From: Amphiscolops sp. MND2022
Taxonomy: Eukaryota
Reading direction: 5' to 3'
Assembly: GCA_964187785.1 (NCBI GenBank)
Contig: OZ076415.1
Coordinates: 18,910,001-18,974,000 of the forward strand
Length of the DNA: 64,000 nucleotides
Part shown: positions 23,701 through 34,892 of the stretch, piece by piece
Layout of the letters: every line of letters starts with the position of its first letter
Numbering within the stretch: the stretch's first letter is position 1
Position numbers and translations under genes: made by a program
Notes under the pieces: model-generated
What the model saw: only the letters and a program-made list of their open reading frames with translations
What the model was told of the DNA's origin: nothing
Databases searched by the model: none

Positions 23701-26700
23701 TATCCATTTCGGAAAACTCTCGGAACTCAATTTCCAATTCAGAAAGTCGAGAGATTGGTTTTAGATGGGTTTCGGGCAATTTTTCTTCTCATCGTGTTGA
23801 ACTTATTCAAAGTATGCATCGTTAGTGAGCTGTAGAAAAAAGGGTTAGCTGTACGTTTCCTTCGTTTCTGCTTGAAGTTTGTTTTAACACTGGACCAAAG
23901 GAATTCTTAGAACCTAGTTACGTCGTTAGTATTAGGTGAGTCTTCAAAGGCAAAAAACTTCCAAGAACCCAAAAACTTTTCCAGATGTTGAGCTTGATTG
24001 AAACAGTATTGGGTCGGTTGCTTAGTGTTAATGGGTAAAACTCTGGAGTCAATTCTCAATATAATTGAATAATGATAGCTTAACTGAAGGTCTCTGCGCA
24101 CCTGACAGTATACAAAAGCACCATCTGAGGTTGTCAGGATGTTACCAAGAGTGTTTCCCAGTTTATGCGTAGGGGTATCACGAATAAGTGGTTCAAGGGA
24201 AAAATCGCGAAAGACATTTACAACTTCCTGTTCTATTTGAACAGAACAAGTCATTGAGTGCCAGTTACAAGATGGCAGATTGAAATCGCCTACGAGGAAG
24301 TAAGTAACGTTTGAGTAAATTTGGTTAGTCCTGAGTTGACAGTTTTGAAAAGTTCAAGTCGCTCTGGTATGACTCTGTAATCGCTTGTTCTCGGTGGCAG
24401 ATAAACACAGATGAAGGCAAAGGCATGAGATGAGTTCTCCACGACGAAGCAGACGCCAAAAAATTGGTCTAATTTGATAATTATTTCTTTGGAAATCACG
24501 TTGCTAACTTTTCTCTGAAGAACTACTACCCCACCGTGTTGGCCGTCAGGCCTGTCAACCCTGGTTACTACCTCAAACTGTCCAAAGAGTAAAATTTTCA
24601 CTGAGAGTTTTGGTGTCTAGCCAGGTTTCGGTTAATATAACTATTTCAATATCATTAAGCATAAGGTAGTTAAGTAAAGTCAGTTGCTTTCTGATTGGAT
24701 TAATGGATTGAACGTTAAGGTGCAGGATTTGTGTTTTTGATTGTCAATGGGTAGTATTTTGGATCGTTGTATTGTTTTTGAGTTTTTCGTATAGTATGGA
24801 CAAGTTATCCATTTCTCCAGGGTCAATGTGTACACCGTTGTGGAATAACTTCAGATCTCTTATGCTCAAAGAATCTCGATTTAATCCAAGCTGAATCAGC
24901 TCATATCGTTTACTTAGCAGATCTTTCTCTTTAATCCGATCCTTCCAGCTGAGTTTTGGTTTAACGAAGATCTTAGTGCCTTTCAGAAGGAAAGCGTTGC
25001 TCAATGTTATGCGGCGATCATAGCTGGAAGTTAACTGGATCTCAACGGGACGTGGTCTAGCGGTTGATTCTGGCTTGAATTTACCGAGTCTTGAGAGGTT
25101 CTTTATTCTAGAAGGGGCGATTTTCAGTTTCTCACAAAAAGTTTGCACATTTGGATCTTCATGGGGGTAGAAGATTCTGGAATGTTGTACAGAACAATGG
25201 TTTCTTGAGCTTTGCTATCATAGTCACGTTCATCAAGGGTTTTCTTTATAGCGTCTGCATACAATAGAGGTTGATTTGAATTTGTAATTTGTCTATCGGT
25301 TTCAGAAGTGGCCAGTTTTTGTTCAATGGGCTTCACTGTTTGTGCTGTTTCAGACAACACTCCTCCAAATTGCTTTTTACATTCACCCAATTGCGACAGA
25401 GATTCTCGAAGCAAACACTCGAGAGTAGATTTTTTTTGCTTTAGACGTGAAGGTTTGTATCTCATTTGGGCTCAGTGTTAAAATTTCACTGATAGTAGGA
25501 TAGTAGTCGGGTGTTGATAATATACGCGAGCGAGGTTCACCCATATTTCAAAGAGATAAATGGTCCAAGATTGTGAACAAGGGGAGAAAAGAATAATACA
25601 GTACTAGAATTAGCAACCTGTGGTACCTACAGGAGACCTGCGGATGCTTACCTAGTATGTAGAATGGAGAAATAAACAGTATTAGATATAGCAACCTGTG
25701 GTACCTACAAGAGGAGACCTGCGGATGCTTACCTAATAAGTGCAGTTGCAGTTTCTGTATTGACACTCGAAAACACGTCTGTATCCCTTCTGGCCGGTAG
25801 TTGTAGTTTTATCGTAGAGAACCTTGTTTTTTAAGACTGATTGAATAGCTCTGCGGCCTTCTTGACTTAAATGAATTGAGTCTGTTCCAGTATGGTAATC
25901 GTTGTAAATTTTATCGGATAGACCCCGATACTTCCACGATTTCGTTTCGGCCAGTCTTTGAATTTCAGAGTTAACAGCGGATGCTCGTTTTCGATAAGAA
26001 CCACGATGGGGGACACCAAGTACAAATACTGAATTTGCTAGCTTACACAGGGAATCGGCAAGATTACCAAGTTCTTTAGCAATGTCGGCAGGCAACACAG
26101 TCGATGGCACTTGATAGTCGTAAGTGTCGTTTCCGCCAATGAATATTACGATAATTTTGTATCGATCCTTCGATGGATAGAAGTTTTCGTTGATATTTCC
26201 GATACGAGCTCCTGGGACTGACAAAATATTGAATTTATCAAATCCAAGATCTCTTGCTTGGGAATCGGCAATTAATAAGTTGTTTGACCTAGAATCCTTG
26301 AAAGTATGAAATCGTCTCAGCATAGGCATAGGGGATAACCACGGTTATCCCAGAAAATCAAACTAATCTGAAACTATTTAAGAAGATAGATCGATAGAAG
26401 ATAGATTTAAGATAGATCGAAGTCATCAGTCGTGTCCACAAGTGCAGTTCGGGGCAAAATAGTTCTAACTCTGGAAGTTGTAAAAATCGAAGCAAAGTCT
26501 TGAGAAAATAGTTCAGATTGTGTTGCAGGATCATTGGCGTATTCATCTTTAAAAAACATTGACGTTGGGGTTTTCGATTACTTAAAGAATCGTAAATTTC
26601 TGTCTGTAGAATTTAAATAGTAATAGGCTTCAATTTACCCCTTGGGGAGTTTACACAAGAAGAGATATAGATTTACAGATGGAGAAATAAGTAAAAAGAA

Positions 26701-29700
26701 ATCAAAGAAGCTCTCAGGATACAAAAAAACACTTACATTTTATATGCCAAGTACAGGTTCTGTTCAAGTCATACTTAGTTCGAGTTAAAAGTAGAAAGTA
26801 CTGTCGAAGTTGGTCTTTGAAGTTTTGCGAAAGAGTGATCAAGTCGATTTCAATAGAGTCATGAAGATCATTGACCAGTTGAGTTACTCATGAGAAAAAC
26901 GACTGAAGTATTTTTCTTTTGAATATCGGCGCGACGAGTTTAGAGAGAGATTGTGCTCAGATCTGACTGGAGCTTTCCAGGATCAACACTTGAGCAGATT
27001 TTAGTATCATCAGCGAGGCAGTAGCAGTGGGAGAATTCTGGAAGAGCGAGCATGTCATCTATATAAACTAAAAAGAAGGTAGGACCCACAACACTGCCCT
27101 GAGGAACTCCACTTGATACTTCACCAGCAGTTGATAGTGTGTCGTCAATTCTAACCCTGAGTCCTACATGTCAGATATGAGTGAATGAGTCGGAGAAGGC
27201 TGTCGTCGAAACCAAATTTTGAGAGTTTGTCAAGGAGGGTTGCATGAGATTCTGAGTCGAGAGCGTTTTGAATATCCAAGTAAACGACTATTTGCTCCTC
27301 ATTGATGTCAAAATTTTGATACAGCTCATCTAAGAATTCGATCAGCTGAGTACCAGTGGATTTACCACGTTGGAAACCATACTGGCGATAGTTTTTGTTT
27401 CGGAGTTTCCGGTAAATCAAGTCGAATAGCAGTTTTTTGAATATCAACGAGAGCCTGGGTAGAATCGAGATCGGTCTGTAATTTTGAATATCACTACGGC
27501 TTCCTTTTTTGTGAATTGGAGTACCAAAAGCGCATTTCCAGATATCGGGTCAACTGAGTGTTGACGTTATTGTGTCAATAGAGCATCAGTAAACCTCGTA
27601 TCTGCTAGATTCCTAATTATTTTGATCCTGCTCCCACATTTCCGAGCACAGCGTTTGAATATAAGCACATCTCCGCCAATTTCTTGGAGTCTTTTCCAAG
27701 TCATTCTCCAGTTTTTAATGATGTTTGAAATGCCGGGTTTGATCCAGGGCGATAAACTGCTACGATGGGCTGTTCTTCTAGGAACACATGCTCCTTTTTT
27801 TCCTATCACCAGATGATCCACCATAACGTCAACATTACTCCAACAAAAGCTTGAGAATTTTTGATTCCGGATTACTTGGTTGAGAGAATCATAGTCGGCT
27901 TTACAGTAACTCAGCTCAGGTTCAAATCTGTTTTCACGCAAATAAGTCAGATTTGATTTAAATTGTACACACGAGACACCGCCAAAATGTTTGGATAAAT
28001 TGTTAATCTGATCGTTTCCTTTTTCACAATAAATGTTAATTAGATTTTCACCGAGAGCACAATATCCAGACTTCCACTAGCAGCGGTTTTGAAGTCAACA
28101 ATCTGTACAATATCATTTTCAACAATCAAGTCGGGGAAACTCTAAATGGAAATATTGTCTGATGAATAATCACTCCAGTCACAATCTTCTCCGATACTGA
28201 AATCGCCGCATACAATGAAAGTCATTTTTTGGTGTTGAAAATTTCAGCAAATAGGCTAGTAACAGTATCTTGATTGATATGATAGTCACTGTCAATCGGT
28301 GGGTTGTAAAATGAACAAAGAGTAAATTCTTCTCGCGAAAATGACGCTAGCACTCAGAAATAGCTCCCAAGATATTCGTTTTGAAATCCGCTTTCCGAGT
28401 TTGGAATTCTTTCTTTATGCTAACAAGTACAGCACCACGAGCAGAGACATGATTGTCCCCTGTCGTTCAGAGCGATGAAACTCATAATTATCAAGATACA
28501 GCTCGTTCTCATCCAACGAGTCGAGCGACCATGTTTCAGTCATAAAAAGTATCGATATATAAACAGCACATGAGGTTGGTAAAGGTTTCACGTTTTTCCT
28601 TATTCAAAAGGCTCCTTACATTGAAAAGTAAAAAGATAGTTTTTAGTTAGTCAGACTTCAAAGTTCCGAATGGTGATCTTTCGGTGTACACTTTTCTCAT
28701 ATCAATTCCCACGTCTCTTATAGACATTCTTTGTCCTTTTGCTGTTTTGTCAAACATTTTGACAAGAACACTTCGTAATGTCAGATTTGTAATTTTTCAT
28801 CATGGGTGCTTTCGAAAGAACCTTCCTAACTGCTCACTGGTTTGATAAAGTTATAAGCATTGTTCTGGGTCTTTTATTCGCCGTAACTATTTTGGGTTTG
28901 TTCTTTTGCTCAACGAATGTTGCTTTTATCCGGCTTTCCTTCCCCCAAAAAAGTCGAACATTTGTTCGATTTTTTTTTCGTTTCATACACAATAATTTTA
29001 GATGAAGCAACTCTTTCATTAGGTTCAGATTTATATTCATCTAATCCTGATACACTACTGAAAGACTGAATTGAAAGAAGTCAACACAAAAAAACATGGC
29101 GATTTTCAAAATTAACAGATTGAGACATTTCAACAGCAGGTATTTTAAGAACATTTTGCAGCGACTGTCTTCATGGTTAGTTAGGTAGTAGTTCCAGCAA
29201 ACGTTTCCTAGTTCTGCTTCATTGACTTCTGGATGACATGAAATCTTCATTATATACTTCAGGTAAAGAAAATTGGCAAGTTTATTCAGGCGATAGAAGA
29301 AAGCACTTGTTCACTTTAGCCGGGTGGTGTCTGTTTTTAAAGTCTTGAGGAAGTTGCTACGCAGTTCGTAGTTTTCGTTCCGCTGGTTTAAAGACACGTA
29401 GCTCCAGATTGGAAAGTCGTACAGACCAAAAGTGAACTTGTTGAATAGAGGTAGATCATGCATTGGCAACATAAGGGAGACTGGTAAGAGCTGGTATTTC
29501 CGTAATAGTGTATGATAGGACTGTTTGTTGTCTATCCACTTGAAGCTAATGCGTTGGAGCTTTTTTGTCTCCTCTGATTGGGTACCAGACACCTGAAGCA
29601 TAAGTGAGAGCGGGTAAGATGTCCAACCTGTTTAATTTGAATTTTTTTCTGGCTTGAGATACTTTGGCAAATTTCGACGTAGGATTGCAAGGCTCTCGTA

Positions 29701-32700
29701 ACAGTTTGAAATTTTGTATTTGCATGACTGGTCCAGGTCAGGTTTGCAGAAACGATGACGCCAAGGTCACGATTACTCTCGTTTTTAAGATATATGTCGT
29801 TACCCATGAATAGAACAGGATGATCACATTTAACACTCGTTTTGCTGACGTTCAGAATGTTCGTTTCAAAAAAAGTGAAAGTTTGTTTTTGTTGCTTCAT
29901 GTTAGTAGCGACAGCAAATCGTTCTGGAGAGCAATCATGGAAGAACTAGCTAGCTTCAAGTCATCGGCAAATAGAGAGGGAGTATATCCACAAAAATCCG
30001 GGAGGTCATTACTCAAAATAAGAAAGAAAAGGGGCCCCAGCATTGAGCCCTGGGGGACACCGCTGGTGATAGATAACTCACAAGAAAGGTAATTCCCAAT
30101 TTTGACTTGTTGTACTCAGTCTTGTAAGTATGACGCAATTACCTTCAGAATGGAACCACCAAAGGCAAAATGACGCAGTTTCGTCAAAACTATGTAGTGG
30201 TCAACTCGATCGAATGCTTTTCAGAAATACAAATAAATAGCAAAAGCCTTTTCGTTAGGATCGATCCATTCAAAGATTTTGTCAAAAAACGAAAGTAATT
30301 GAGTGCAACATGATCTAGACTCTCTGAAGCCGAATTGATGAGATTACTTGTTCTGTATATGCTTGAGGATAGTTCTGTAAACAATTCTCTCAAAAGCCAA
30401 AGATAATTCAGAGAGAGATGCAATGGGGCGATAATTAGAGATTTCAGATTTCCGACCATCTTTGAATATCGAGGTAGTAATTGCACGTTTCCATGAAGAT
30501 GGTCGCCTGATTGCATAATGAAGGAGACTAGTTTTTAAAAGTGGATTGATAGACCGTTGGAGCATTTTTTTTGAATTTGACCAGGTATGAGGTCCGTGCC
30601 AGTGCCGTTGCTATATTTCAAATCGTCCCTGACTATTTCGACTGTGACATCCAGTTCATTTATTTCGTTTTCTGTAAAATCAGTGAAAGTTTCATCCGAC
30701 GCGTTGACTATAGAGACGAAGAACTCGGTAAAGGCATTTGCAATATTGTCGGAGCAACAAACTGTTTGCTTTTTCGTGTCAATCATTGTCTCTGGAATGC
30801 CAGAACTCTTTAGATTGCTCAGTAATTTATAGCAGTCGTTCATATCACAATTTGAGCTACTGAAGTTATCAATGAACAAAGTTGTGTCAAGTTTTAGGGT
30901 GATTTCCAAGTCTTTGCATAACTTGTTATAAGCAAAGAAGTTTTTAAGTCATTTTAATTGTTTGTAGGCAATTGAAAAGGTGGACGCTATGTGAATTCGA
31001 ATATATCGGTGGAAGCTTTTTCTTGTTCCTCTTACGATTGAAAAACCATTTAGAATTGATTCGAAGGATTTCAGCCAATCAATGAAATTATCTGAGAATT
31101 GTAGCAGATCGAAGGAGAAGTGCGACTTGGAAAGTTCGGAGTCCAGTGTTTGAATGTCGGATTTGAGACTGAAAGGTCTGCAGTCAGTATTAATAGCCAA
31201 AGTCGATATGGTTCTGGGAAGGCCTAGAGATTTACTATAGTGATCAGAAAAGATAGGTGCCTTTCGGTACAGAGAATCTCAGGATCCTTGAAGTTGCTAA
31301 AGATCAGGTCCAAGACACTCCCATCCTTATGAGTTGGTTCACCGACTAGTTGAGTAAAACTGTTAGTTATCAAAAAATTCGTAGTGTCCGACAATTTTTA
31401 AATTCCGTTTCAAGTTCGTCCATTGAGGAATCTTTCATGTTATCAAAGTGTGTCATGACACACTAAATCCGCCTCATGACAGATTGAATCAGAAGGCTTA
31501 TTTTTGAGAAATTTTACTTCCATAAGGCACAAAATTAAATCTAGACTTGTCTTTCAGTTCCTCGATGGATTGAAGTGATGTCAGGCTTTCCGATATCTTG
31601 GTTGCAGTCAAAGGTTCCTCCATGTTCTTGATGATTTTCTTGACTGTACTTCGGGCATCGGTTGCAAAACCAAAAACATCCTTTCCCGTCGATGATGCGA
31701 AGTACTGCTTCTGGTAGCTTGGGACATTTCAGATGAGCCCAGCCAGAATATTTGTCACATTCAATAGATGGTTACCGTCCTTGACTTCCAGTTTGCAGTA
31801 GATGCACTTTCCAAGTGATTGCGCATCTTCTACATAGGAACTTCTGATTTTTTGATATTCTTCCTGACACGATGTAGAAAAATGCATCCAATGCCTTACA
31901 TATCCTTTTTGAAAAGTTTTCCAAACTGAAAGAAAACTGCAGTTTGCAGCTTTTTCATTGCACAGCTAAACTTTTTCTTTTCTTTATCAATATCGATGGT
32001 TGCCACCAGTCATATTGAGGCAAGTTTTTCGATTTTATAAAAAAAGCTTAAGGCCCCGATTAACCACGGAACTGAGCAGCGACCCCAAGCAATCGCCCGT
32101 TGGTTTCAGAAGCCATTCCTTCAGCCGGCATTTGTTTAAGGCAGTTGCTTGCTTCCCGACGACATCAGACAACTGTTTCGATAATAATCTGTGTTGGTCC
32201 AAGGAACTCGTTCCAAGTCGATTTGAAGTGAAGTTGTTGCGCTATAAATTAACCGTTCTATCATTGAACTTTCAATTCTTTCACTGCTGGAGATCCTATT
32301 GATCGCTCTTTCTCGTACACTTTCTTTGAGCCTCGTGATAGTTTTCGAAGCATTCCGAAGAACACTCCGTATGACGCAATCGGAAATATATCTCTTGAAA
32401 TGGTTTTCTTTTGTGTTTCTTCTAATCCAGTCTCATGTTGATGATACTCTATTTCGAAATCCGTGACGCGTCAAATTGCGGTGTTACTGTATTTGTAGCA
32501 ATTAATCTGTTGTCTATGTAGCCGATACATTTCGACATGATCTGTTGAAGAAAACTGATCAATGATGAAGAACATCACCTGTCCAATTATGGAAACCTGC
32601 GACTCCGCCGAAAACATCTCTAGCATTTAATAAGACTCGATGTTTCTCTGCTTTTAGTCAAGTAGCTTTCCTAGAGGTTCATAGAGTTTCCACCGCATTC

Positions 32701-34879
32701 TTTGTTTGATTCAATTTCTCGAACTTATGAGCGTTCGATAGTTTTCGAAAATTTCCGTTTAGTCTAATCATTTGAGTGATTGCCGACTTGTCTTTTGTGG
32801 AAATAAACGTGATTGAGAAGTTCCTGGTTCGACTAACAGAGTTATTTTCTTGTTGATCAAGAGAGTTTCGGAAACTTTAATAAAAAATTTTTGAGCCTGT
32901 ATCTCTTGACATCCTTGTATGCTACCAATTTTCGCTTTTTTTCGATGCTGTTGAAAATTTGCCTCCAATGCTAATTGTTTTGAAAACACGTTCGAGGAAC
33001 TTTCCAACGGGAGGTGGGAGCCTTTCAAGGAGTATATTGCTTATCCCATCATGACCACCCGTTTTGGACACATTGTTTTTCCAGAACATCCGTTATTTCT
33101 TCCTCTTCGGAATAGAGTTCGTGCCTCTCCCATACGGGTGCTTCCGTTTCTCTGTAATTAACCAAGGTGCAACTCGATTGAGAATACCGGTTATCTCAGC
33201 GATTTTTTCTTGGTTTCCGGAGGTTTCAGCCTCCATTTACTTATCTTGTGGTAAAACGACGATGTCTTCTTGATGCTCAAATTACTTGTTGGTTGGATAA
33301 AATTCAACTGCCTAAGGTTGATTTTTAGAAAGTTGTCCGATTTTTCTTCAAGAAGTATATCGAGCTGATTTCGTTTTCGTTCTTGTGACGCTTCAGTTTT
33401 ACTCATACATCTTTGTAATATTGCCTTTTTCTTGAGATGAAAAATTGTGTGCTCGCTCTTTTCGCTTCGATGGTTGGTCCTTTGTTGTATTTACAGTCCG
33501 AAGCAATCGTGTAGCCATATGTATCAGAGTTCAGCAATAACGTCAACGTTACTACCATACTGTAATAAATGAATTGGACCTCTGATTGTAAAAAATGATT
33601 TGGACTCGATTAAAGGAGACCAAAATCTTCTGAACGAAAAATATTTTGGAAAACTGTAAAACTAAAACTTTAATAAATTTTAACGTTGATTACGAACATT
33701 TTCGTTTAAAAATTCTGAGATCAATATACAAAAACTTAGAAGCTATGCATTTTACTAGTGATTTCGTTTCTAACTTATTTTCAAATTTCGAAAGCCTTGA
33801 GTGTAGAAAAAAATTCATTTTCAATCTTTCAGACGCTTTTTCAACAAAAGTATCCACTAAAAAAATTGGCTGTAATTGTAAATACCTGCCTCTAGATGTA
33901 TCATTTCCGGATACAAAGGATACATTATTACAAAGGTATGAATTGGCAATCAAAATGGGGACGAATTGCAGCTTTTAAAAAATTGGGACGAATTCATGCT
34001 TGGGAAAAATTGTCATTTTTTGAAATTTGGAACGAATTGTCGCTTGGGACGAATCGCCGCTTGGGACGAATTGTCGCTTTACGAGTGATATGTGTAATCA
34101 CTAAAAAAACTATAAAAGTCGAATGAAATTGTATTTCTTTGTGATTCATATAAGTTCAATTTACTCATATTTTGGATTCATTTTTGCACATGACGAAGTC
34201 AATGTGCATTGCAGTCCAGCTAAGAAAGTTTTTTTTTCCACAATAGTCAACTTCATAATGAGCGCCTTTTAGACAAAAGCCAAAACCCCTGAGAGATTCG
34301 AACCTGCAGCCTCCCGATTGCACGGCATAAGTGTTGACCACTGTGCCATAGGGACGTTATTGAACAAAGTTGAACTGTTGAATATATACGCATGCGATTA
34401 AAATAATATATACGCATATTAAAATAATGTCTTCGTCATGTGTTGCGAAGCACCGCTTCGCCTCTGTGTTAAACCATGCTAGCTCGTAATCAGACTCATG
34501 AATCAGTACAAAAAACGCATAAAAATCCGAACCCTGGTAATCACGTTTGAGTTTTATAGGCTGTGTCGTGGACTATCATGGATGTGAGTTTTTCCCAGAA
34601 CGTTGGTTTGACCTCGTTGTGGTGCTTCGTTCTACCACCGAAGTGTTATTCGACAGACTGAAACTCCGAGGATACAGCGAGAAAAAATTATCCTCAAACT
34701 TGGATTGCGAAATATTCCAAACTCTTCTCGAAGAAGCTCAATCCTCCTACAAACCCGAAATTATCTTGGAGCTGCAATCGAATACTGTGGAAGATATGGA
34801 GAAAAACATAGAAACTGTTGCGGCATTTGTTAACCAATGGAAATCCTTGAAGTCGGCCAATCAAAATTCGCCGTCATAA
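20759..34879 (+). CDS. AK6: Adenylate kinase 6 (Fap7/hCINAP family), 2 exons: 20759-21023 and 34560-34879, 194 aa
   Basis: P-loop [14 protein letters not shown] in exon 1; [22 protein letters not shown] and [14 protein letters not shown] in exon 2. The phase-1 junction GGA G|GC restores [11 protein letters not shown]. Acceptor TTTTATAG; weak donor GTTATC. Confidence 0.92.
21570..21860 (-). mobile_element. Old LINE RT fragment
   Basis: Minus strand reads [25 protein letters not shown]. Confidence 0.65.
21879..26560 (-). mobile_element. Near full-length CR1/L2-like LINE (LINE-B): esterase ORF, ORF1 and frameshifted ORF2, inside the AK6 intron
   Basis: RT 22637-23779 ([25 protein letters not shown]) and 21924-22658; APE pieces 23907-24601; ORF1 24744-25465; esterase 25733-26329. 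AATAAA (21895-21900) and a (CT)n tail at the 3' end. The 5' boundary is approximate. Confidence 0.92.
25733..26329 (-). CDS. Stand-alone SGNH/GDSL-type esterase ORF of LINE-B (198 aa)
   Basis: Blocks LLIADSQ, PGARI, IGGND and DSIHLS are all present; uninterrupted ORF; Cys-rich tail [10 protein letters not shown]. Confidence 0.8.
   Translation of the reverse strand: MPMLRRFHTFKDSRSNNLLIADSQARDLGFDKFNILSVPGARIGNINENFYPSKDRYKIIVIFIGGNDTYDYQVPSTVLPADIAKELGNLADSLCKLANSVFVLGVPHRGSYRKRASAVNSEIQRLAETKSWKYRGLSDKIYNDYHTGTDSIHLSQEGRRAIQSVLKNKVLYDKTTTTGQKGYRRVFECQYRNCNCTY
26610..29040 (-). mobile_element. Decayed composite LINE (LINE-C): RT core closely similar to LINE-A, joined to APE/ORF1 of a different-looking family
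   Basis: 26943-27566 aligns closely with 358-985. C-terminal [11 protein letters not shown] near 26720-26760; APE remnants 27900-28560; ORF1 remnants 28600-29040. Boundaries are approximate. Confidence 0.8.
29045..31900 (-). mobile_element. Decayed LINE (LINE-D) with RT, APE remnant and PHD-finger ORF1 remnant
   Basis: [10 protein letters not shown] and FADD near 29950-30070; NYRPIASL near 30420; SIECDK..WAHLKC..WFCNRC at about 31640-31780. Boundaries are approximate. Confidence 0.78.
32850..33400 (-). mobile_element. Highly decayed LINE ORF2 fragment
   Basis: Minus strand gives [25 protein letters not shown] across frameshifts. Confidence 0.55.
33950..34082. repeat. Short array of TTGGGACGAA motifs, probably the end of a non-autonomous DNA element
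   Basis: Five (T)GG(G/A)ACGAA copies within 130 bp; a related motif occurs near 20500. Confidence 0.4.
34286..34355 (-). pseudogene. tRNA-like remnant (tRNA-derived SINE head or tRNA pseudogene)
   Basis: A-box TGGCACAGTGGT and B-box GGTTCGAATC at tRNA spacing; the acceptor and anticodon stems are imperfect. Confidence 0.55.
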
Positions 34880-34892
34880 TAAGTTTTTCTAA

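Noticed and set aside
32000-32700. Possible decayed coding sequence between LINE-D and the next fragment
   Set aside because: No frame gave a recognisable motif.
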